The position numbers and the translations under genes were made by a program. Below are positions 22,550 to 27,472 of a stretch of DNA of 27,472 nucleotides, piece after piece; within the stretch, counting starts at the first letter, position 1; each line of letters opens with the position of its first letter. The DNA is taken from contig JBEKLW010000001.1 of assembly GCA_050008815.1 (NCBI GenBank), forward strand, positions 1 through 27,472, in the 5' to 3' direction. This DNA comes from Bryobacteraceae bacterium. Its GTDB lineage: Bacteria > Acidobacteriota > Terriglobia > Bryobacterales > Bryobacteraceae. The notes beneath the pieces are model-generated. The model had not been told where the DNA came from and did not search any database. It saw only the letters and a program-made list of their open reading frames with translations.

Positions 22550-22855
22550 ATGCCAGGTGCCGTACATTCGATCCACTTCCCGGCCCCAGACGTTTTGGTA
22601 AAACACGGTAGAAGTCCGGCCCCTCGTCCGGGAGCCCACCCGAAGAGTTCACGCCGCGCAAAAAGTTTTGCCCATCAAATCAACGTGATGGAGACTTTTT
22701 CGAGCAGCCTCCGCGATGTCGAGTTGGTACTCGAGAAACTCCTGGAGTTTGTAAACAGCGGTAATCGGCACGGCGATCTACAGGTGGCTTTGAGCGCCGC
22801 ACGAAGGCTCGAAGCGTCCCTGTCGGCTCTGATCGATGCCGAGGAGGGCTCATGA
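22550..22855 (+). CDS. Hypothetical protein (101 aa)
   Basis: GAGGAG RBS; amphipathic helical C-terminal half; ATGA overlap with the next gene. Confidence 0.65.
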   Translation: MPGAVHSIHFPAPDVLVKHGRSPAPRPGAHPKSSRRAKSFAHQINVMETFSSSLRDVELVLEKLLEFVNSGNRHGDLQVALSAARRLEASLSALIDAEEGS

Positions 22856-23118
22856 AGGCCCTTCCGCTGGTTATCGCCCTTCGCCGACGTCAGGTTCGTG
22901 CACTCAGCCGTCTGCTCGCAGACTACCAGGATCACCTGGAGTCAGCCATTGAATCGGAACTGGTACCCGGCGAGAACCAGCCGCGCGAGAACCGGCGCGC
23001 GATCGTCGCGGATCTTCGGCAAGATTGGCGTGCCGCGGAAGATTTCCAGATTCTGTTCGGCAACCCAACCGGCTCCAAATCAACGCTGAGGCTTTGCGCG
23101 CCCGAGGAGCAATCCTGA
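22852..23118 (+). CDS. Hypothetical protein (88 aa)
   Basis: GAGGAGG RBS; overlapping start/stop codons at both ends. Confidence 0.65.
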   Translation: MKALPLVIALRRRQVRALSRLLADYQDHLESAIESELVPGENQPRENRRAIVADLRQDWRAAEDFQILFGNPTGSKSTLRLCAPEEQS

Positions 23119-23351
23119 TGCTACTCGCTCCTCGCGGCGCCGCTTGCCGCGCCTATCATCGCCGCCGGGAACACAACCTGGTGGTCGAAGCCAACGCCAC
23201 GCCGGCAGCTTCCCTTCGGAGAGCAGTCATGCAGCAGGACTACGAGAATGCTCGGATGGCGCTCATTGAGGGCCAGATGGAGCGCGAGTTGATTCGAGAG
23301 GCGGAACACGCGCGACAGATCGCCTACCTGCGAGCGAAGGTATCCCCATGA
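23118..23351 (+). CDS. Hypothetical protein (77 aa)
   Basis: GAGGAG RBS, TGATG overlap, coiled-coil C-terminus. Confidence 0.55.
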   Translation: MLLAPRGAACRAYHRRREHNLVVEANATPAASLRRAVMQQDYENARMALIEGQMERELIREAEHARQIAYLRAKVSP

Positions 23352-23533
23352 AGAATAAATGGACGGGGAAACCTGGCGATCCCGTGCGCCGCCGCGGCTT
23401 CAGCGCCCGCATTAACGTACTCGCGGCGATTAAGGCGGACAAGGAAGGCACCCTCACAGACGCCGACCGGCGCACCTGTGAGAGGATGCTACCCGGCTTC
23501 TTGGCGAAGCAACGCGCGAAAGGAACCGCATGA
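23348..23533 (+). CDS. Hypothetical basic protein (61 aa)
   Basis: ATGA overlaps at both ends. Confidence 0.55.
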   Translation: MKNKWTGKPGDPVRRRGFSARINVLAAIKADKEGTLTDADRRTCERMLPGFLAKQRAKGTA

Positions 23534-23781
23534 AAATCACCGTCGAGAGTACAACGAAGATCGTCGAGCTCAGCACTGGAGGCCGCGATCCTATGTTCGC
23601 CCGGATCTGGGAAGGCCAGACCGATTCCGGTATCCCCGTGCACTGCTACGTCACGCGGATTGCCGTCGCCAAGGATGAGGACTGCCCCCAGGTCGAGATG
23701 GAACGGTTCGAGCGCGAGCTACAAGAGCAACGCGCGCCATCGGCCGAGACTGAGGCGATTCCCCTGAGGATGATCCTATGA
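23530..23781 (+). CDS. Phage hypothetical protein (83 aa)
   Basis: AAGGA RBS; MKITVESTTKIVEL...ARIWEGQTDSGIPVHCYVTRIAV is globular and resembles a recurrent phage hypothetical (recalled). Confidence 0.7.
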   Translation: MKITVESTTKIVELSTGGRDPMFARIWEGQTDSGIPVHCYVTRIAVAKDEDCPQVEMERFERELQEQRAPSAETEAIPLRMIL

Positions 23782-23963
23782 GCGCCTCGGCAACCTGCGG
23801 CTCCCTGGCGAAGGTCTTCAGCGGTCCTTGCTTGGGCTGCGGCGCAACGGTGAATGTCTACGCGGAGCCTGACGAGAAGATCGATGTTTCGGAGTCGCTT
23901 CTCTGCGACGAGTGCATGGGGAAGCTGCTCAGGAAATTAACGGAAGAAGGGACCATCCCATGA
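23778..23963 (+). CDS. Small Zn-finger protein (61 aa)
   Basis: CLGCG...LLCDECM; ATGA overlaps. Confidence 0.6.
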   Translation: MSASATCGSLAKVFSGPCLGCGATVNVYAEPDEKIDVSESLLCDECMGKLLRKLTEEGTIP

Positions 23964-24274
23964 GCGCGCCAATGCACGTCCATTTGCCGAGTCTTCACGT
24001 TCGGAACCGCGACGGCTCAGGGTTCGACTACGAGGAAGACCTGTCCTTTCCGGAGGGACTGGAAGACGACGACGCGGATCTCGACGTTCTGGATCTTCCC
24101 AGCGACGACGATGGCGCAGAACTTGACTACCTCGAAGCCAAAGAACTGGAGCGCCAATCCCGCATCGCCGCCGGTATCGAACTCGCCTGCGCTTCCTGCG
24201 GGTGCAGCGAGACTCAACCGTGTGAGGGAGGCTGCGTTTGGGCTACGCCGAATCTCTGCTCGAGGTGCGTATGA
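23960..24274 (+). CDS. Acidic protein with C-terminal Cys-rich domain (104 aa)
   Basis: Asp/Glu-rich middle, then CASCGCSETQPCEGGCVWATPNLCSRC (six Cys). Confidence 0.7.
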   Translation: MSAPMHVHLPSLHVRNRDGSGFDYEEDLSFPEGLEDDDADLDVLDLPSDDDGAELDYLEAKELERQSRIAAGIELACASCGCSETQPCEGGCVWATPNLCSRCV

Positions 24275-24429
24275 AAAAACGGAGGTACTGCGCGAAGTGC
24301 GGCGGATCGGGAAAGGTGCATATCGGCAATGGCGTCACAAGGCTCTGCGATTACGTCGCGGGCTTGGTTGAGCGCGCCTACCGGCGGACGCTCCGATTTA
24401 AGAAAGGAGCAGGAAGGGTATCGAGATGA
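24271..24429 (+). CDS. Small basic CxxC protein (52 aa)
   Basis: GAGGTG RBS; MKKRRYCAKCGGSGKV...RLCD; ATGA overlaps. Confidence 0.55.
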   Translation: MKKRRYCAKCGGSGKVHIGNGVTRLCDYVAGLVERAYRRTLRFKKGAGRVSR

Positions 24430-24692
24430 GCACCCCGCTGATCGAGACGACCACTGCGCCGGTGGCACGGGGCGTGGGCTGCCGCTACTACGGCAAGAGC
24501 CACACCATCCTGCAAGCTGTGGGCCGACTCGTCGGCCAGGGCGGCAACGAATGCGCGCTGGCCTCGAGTTCATTCTCGCCCTGCAAGCGGGAAATACAAC
24601 ACCTCACGGTGGACGAGACCCGGTGCGGCATCGCTAAGCTGTACGGGCGTCCAGAGTACGGCGAAGTTCGAGGTAGCCATGCCAGAAGATGA
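24426..24692 (+). CDS. Hypothetical protein (88 aa)
   Basis: ATGA overlap; ends overlapping the next start. Confidence 0.45.
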   Translation: MSTPLIETTTAPVARGVGCRYYGKSHTILQAVGRLVGQGGNECALASSSFSPCKREIQHLTVDETRCGIAKLYGRPEYGEVRGSHARR

Positions 24693-24870
24693 ACCAACGC
24701 GGAGTTTCAGTATAGATTGGCGGCAGGTCTCCGGTGGGAATCGAGAGATCCGCCAGCGGGACATCTACTCGGCGATGCGGGAGTGCGCCTTCAGGCACCT
24801 GGACCGGATCGACGTTACCAGGGTGACGGTACACAACGAGCAGGAGGAAGTCCATGCCGGTTTGTCCTGA
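24679..24870 (+). CDS. Hypothetical protein (63 aa)
   Basis: GAGGT RBS; globular-looking composition. Confidence 0.55.
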   Translation: MPEDEPTRSFSIDWRQVSGGNREIRQRDIYSAMRECAFRHLDRIDVTRVTVHNEQEEVHAGLS

Positions 24871-25078
24871 AGCCTTGGCGGAGAAACATCGCCAGCGGCA
24901 TGTCGAGCTACACCAAGAATTTGACGAGTTGGTGGCCGATTGGATACAGCACACCGGCCGTCTCCCAAGCAGAGCGTCGGTGATGGAACTGATTGCGTGG
25001 TCCCATCAGCAAACCATTCGGGCCTGTGACCGGACTGAGCTCATCCGTTCTGATCTCCGCAAGGGAAGGCGCCTATGA
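24854..25078 (+). CDS. Phage hypothetical protein (74 aa)
   Basis: AGGAGG RBS; HRQRHVELHQEFDELVADWIQHTGRLPSRASVMELIAWS helical motif. Confidence 0.65.
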   Translation: MPVCPEALAEKHRQRHVELHQEFDELVADWIQHTGRLPSRASVMELIAWSHQQTIRACDRTELIRSDLRKGRRL

Positions 25079-25167
25079 GCGCGGTCTCTATCGGGGTGGG
25101 CATCATCTATCTTGCCGCCCTGTTGCTGCTCGCCTATGCCTGCTGGCAGATGCGGAGGAAAGGCTGA
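25075..25167 (+). CDS. 30-aa single-TM peptide (below the ORF-track cutoff)
   Basis: MSAVSIGVGIIYLAALLLLAYACWQMRRKG; ATGA overlap upstream and TGATG overlap downstream. Confidence 0.55.
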   Translation: MSAVSIGVGIIYLAALLLLAYACWQMRRKG

Positions 25168-25529
25168 TGCCGATCCGTCCTGATCTGCTCATTTTTCTCC
25201 TCTTGACTGGCGTTTCGCCGGCGAGTTCCCAGTCCGGATCGCCCGAGTACGAGGTGGCAGCACAGAAAGAACGCGACGCCCTGCAAGCATTATGGTCCTG
25301 CCGCGAAACGGGGAGCGCCTGCGATGCCGAGCGCGCTGAGTACTGGAAAGCATCCGATCAGGTCCAATCTGCGATCAATCTGGAACTGAGGGCGATCAAT
25401 GCGATAATCGAATCCGCTGCCGCCGACCTACAACGGATTACGGAGCGGATCAACAGGTACGTCGCCTGCCGCCGTGCAAAGCATTGGTGGCAGTTCTGGA
25501 GGCGTTGCCGCTATGCCGATCCGTCCTGA
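25167..25529 (+). CDS. Signal-peptide-bearing coiled-coil protein (120 aa)
   Basis: MPIRPDLLIFLLLTGVSPASSQS hydrophobic N-terminus, then helical heptads and four Cys; GGAGG upstream. Confidence 0.6.
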   Translation: MPIRPDLLIFLLLTGVSPASSQSGSPEYEVAAQKERDALQALWSCRETGSACDAERAEYWKASDQVQSAINLELRAINAIIESAAADLQRITERINRYVACRRAKHWWQFWRRCRYADPS

Positions 25530-25534
25530 TCTGC
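25167..25534 (+). repeat. Perfect 22-bp direct repeat ATGCCGATCCGTCCTGATCTGC
   Basis: Copies at 25167-25188 and 25513-25534; each begins at an ATG (MPIRPDL). Confidence 0.95.
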
Positions 25535-26025
25535 GCCCCTTCTACACCCGGGCCATCTGGGGCCCCGTGCGGCGCCGGATCCTCGAGCGCGCCCGCGGAA
25601 AGTTCGACGGGAAGGGGAAATATCTCGGGGGTGCCAGGTGCGAACAGTGCGGGAAACCCCATCGACGGCGCGTTTTCACGATCACCACAAAGCTCTGGAA
25701 TACGCCCGCGATCATCTACGTCGCGAAACCGGTACCCGCTTTCTTTTACAGCCTCGGGAACGAAGGGGTGATGTTCTGGCGAGAGGCCGGGAGGGGCTGG
25801 CGCGCGAACTTCCCAGGCATCAAGCCGGCTCCCTGGTTCGCGCGTCTCAAGCGGTCTATAAAGTGCGTCCTCACCGTCGCGCACCTGAACCACACGCCCG
25901 GCGACGACCGCGACGAGAATTTGAAAGCCCTCTGTCAGTGGTGCCATCTACATTACGATGCGGAGCACCACAAGGAGAGTCGATGCAGACGAAAGGATGC
26001 GGGACGACCGCTGATAACCCTGTGA
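25513..26025 (+). CDS. Phage HNH endonuclease (170 aa)
   Basis: MPIRPD...RRRILERA...CEQCG...VLTVAHLNHTPGDDRDENLKALCQWCHLHYD is the classic phage HNH with two CxxC motifs. Confidence 0.85.
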   Translation: MPIRPDLRPFYTRAIWGPVRRRILERARGKFDGKGKYLGGARCEQCGKPHRRRVFTITTKLWNTPAIIYVAKPVPAFFYSLGNEGVMFWREAGRGWRANFPGIKPAPWFARLKRSIKCVLTVAHLNHTPGDDRDENLKALCQWCHLHYDAEHHKESRCRRKDAGRPLITL

Positions 26026-26116
26026 ACCCGATGCGGATGGACGAGGAGTTGCTCGGAACTGGAGTGAAAGGGGCGAACTCGGGTGCCAGACTGCCTCCGC
26101 CCGGAGGAGGAGGGTG

Positions 26117-26371
26117 ATGGCGAACGGAAAGCGGATAACCCTGCATCTCGGGGGAGAGCGCCGCAAGTTCGTCCTGGTGCTGCCGCCATTTCCGGAAGTA
26201 GGTGACACGATAAATCTGGACGAAGCCAGATGGAAGGTCGTCAAGGTCGAGGACGCAGAGATCCTGGCGCGAATCCCCGTCTTTAAACGGCCTCACTCCA
26301 GTCCCGAGCCACCCACCAGGCTCCCGGCAGCCGGCGCACAGGGCTACCCAGAAGAAGCTGAGATTTCATGA
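26117..26371 (+). CDS. Hypothetical protein (84 aa)
   Basis: GGAGGAGG RBS; FPEVGDTINLDEARWKVVKVED small beta-barrel-like pattern. Confidence 0.6.
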   Translation: MANGKRITLHLGGERRKFVLVLPPFPEVGDTINLDEARWKVVKVEDAEILARIPVFKRPHSSPEPPTRLPAAGAQGYPEEAEIS

Positions 26372-26482
26372 CATGACGTACGCTGAAGCGCGGAGGACCG
26401 TTTTACCTCCGCAAAAACAAGGGCGCGGCTTGGATGGCCGCACAACCAAAGGAGGCGGCTACTACTGATTCGATAGACTCGC

Positions 26483-26539
26483 AGCGGGCCGCGCCGGTGT
26501 AGCAAAGCGCTAAATTCACCTGGGATTACGCGGCCCGCT
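26483..26539. other. Nested stem-loop in an intergenic gap (possible cis-regulatory RNA)
   Basis: Perfect 11-bp outer stem AGCGGGCCGCG/CGCGGCCCGCT, with inner GGTG/CACC and TAGC/GCTA stems. Confidence 0.45.
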
Positions 26540-26553
26540 TAACCCCTCAAACC

Positions 26554-26802
26554 ATGCCAAACACGAATGGGTGCGTCGTCTACGTGAAATGCGAGGGCTG
26601 CGGAATCACCGTGCTCAAGCACGGGCCCGATGCAGCCTGTCTGCCCGAGATCGGCAACACCCTGCATATCCTCCTTGGAAGGATGGGCTGGACCAGGGAT
26701 CGCGGTCGGCTATGGTGTCCGCTGTGCGTAAGGCAGCGTCGCCCGGAGGCTCCTGGGGCGAGCCCGGCTGCCAGGCTGCCTCCCCTGCCCAACGGTCCAT
26801 GA
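26554..26802 (+). CDS. Small Zn-finger protein (82 aa)
   Basis: CEGCG...GWTRDRGRLWCPLC pattern. Confidence 0.65.
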   Translation: MPNTNGCVVYVKCEGCGITVLKHGPDAACLPEIGNTLHILLGRMGWTRDRGRLWCPLCVRQRRPEAPGASPAARLPPLPNGP

Positions 26803-26855
26803 TTGGGTTTCTGATCTCGCTGCTGGTGCTTCATTGGGTGCTGAAACGAGAATGA
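26799..26855 (+). CDS. 18-aa hydrophobic peptide
   Basis: MIGFLISLLVLHWVLKRE; ATGA overlap at both ends, bridging to the methyltransferase. Confidence 0.4.
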   Translation: MIGFLISLLVLHWVLKRE

Positions 26856-27472
26856 AACCTCTTGCCATTGATCTGTACTGCGGACTGGGCGGATGGACCG
26901 AAGGTCTGCTTGCCGAGGGCTACGATGTCGTAGGCTTCGACAATGAACGCCACATCTACGGCGATCGACAGTACCCCGCTCAACTGGTGCTTCAGGATGT
27001 GCTCACCCTCCACGGCTCGCAGTTCCGCAACGCGGCGTTGATCGTCGCTTCGCCACCGTGCCAAGCGTACAGCTACCGCGCGATGCCCTGGAAGCGGGCT
27101 AAGGCGTTGCCGCCACCCTCCAATGAACTCTTCAACGCTTGTTTCCGCGTTCAGCAGGAAGCGTCCGAAGCCGCCGGCCATCATATTCCATCGGTGGTTG
27201 AGAACGTCAGGGGCGCGCAACGATGGGTTGGGCGTGCAGCGTGGCACTACGGGAGTTTCTACCTGTGGGGGGATGTGCCGGCGTTGATGCCCCCGATTCG
27301 CAGGTTGCGTAGCGTCTCGAAAAACTGCGGGACTCCGGGCGGGACCTGGTTCGGTGAGGCGCACGGAAAGCAGGTTCCGAAGAACGGCAGTAATCCGACG
27401 CGCGGCGGCAATGAGTACGCGACCGCGGGGGTCAAACTGCAACCCGAAGGCCATTACACCAAGCCGGGCAGC
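26852..27472 (+). CDS. C5-cytosine DNA methyltransferase-like protein, runs off the window end (not in the ORF track)
   Basis: Translated by hand: MKPLAIDLYCGLGGW (motif I), VGFD (motif II), ASPPCQ (motif IV, 27056-27061 = PC), VVENV (motif VI, 27200-27208); open for 207 codons to nt 27472. Confidence 0.85.
   Translation, partial: MKPLAIDLYCGLGGWTEGLLAEGYDVVGFDNERHIYGDRQYPAQLVLQDVLTLHGSQFRNAALIVASPPCQAYSYRAMPWKRAKALPPPSNELFNACFRVQQEASEAAGHHIPSVVENVRGAQRWVGRAAWHYGSFYLWGDVPALMPPIRRLRSVSKNCGTPGGTWFGEAHGKQVPKNGSNPTRGGNEYATAGVKLQPEGHYTKPGS

Larger units (their letters stand above)
296..27472. mobile_element. Tailed phage/prophage segment, P22-like ejection module, probably temperate
   Basis: Tail, gp14/gp7/gp20/gp16-position genes, divergent promoter switch, rep-like gene, HNH and MTase. 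No terminase, portal, capsid or integrase is visible in the window. Confidence 0.9.

Noticed and set aside
25167-25534. Diversity-generating retroelement or IS-type element
   Set aside because: The repeat is only 22 bp and identical with no adenine-specific mismatches; no reverse transcriptase, transposase or terminal inverted repeats.
26493-26540. tRNA (starts GCCGGTG-TA-GC like a tRNA 5' end)
   Set aside because: No GTTCRA T-loop, no anticodon arm or acceptor-stem complement at the right distance; it folds as a single nested hairpin instead.
427-27472. Selenocysteine or other stop-codon recoding in phage genes, prompted by the adjacent selB
   Set aside because: TGA, TAA and TAG all end genes normally, many TGA stops are explained by ATGA/TGATG coupling, and no gene appears split at an in-frame TGA.

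Overview
From about nt 300 to the end, this window is a segment of a tailed phage or prophage with a P22-like (podovirus-type) DNA-ejection module. Order on the + strand: three tail/virion genes (two with lectin-like ConA/LamG domains), a gp14-like GNAT-fold gene, gp7-like and gp20-like ejection proteins, and a 2564-aa protein in the gp16 position. Next come a leftward, translationally coupled operon of small membrane and Cys-rich genes (16427 to 14900), a divergent promoter pair with operator-like inverted repeats (16435-16533), early genes, an origin/operator-like palindrome array (18817-19060), an HTH gene and a probable replication initiator. The window closes with about 20 tiny overlapping ORFs, an HNH gene and a C5 DNA methyltransferase running off the right end. 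The first ~310 nt encode part of a bacterial SelB GTPase domain fused in frame to the C-terminus of a phage virion protein, so this is either a chimeric assembly or an illegitimate recombination junction. The best candidate for a new system is the giant ejection-position protein. It carries an apparently circularly permuted histidine phosphatase with all four catalytic residues, a ParB/Srx-like domain and further modules, suggesting enzymatic cargo injected with the genome. Also notable are a lambda-like switch with a 61-aa basic peptide where CI would be, a palindrome shared by the rep promoter and the rep gene, and a gene cassette flanked by a 22-bp direct repeat. All family names were recognised by eye from motifs; no database search was run.
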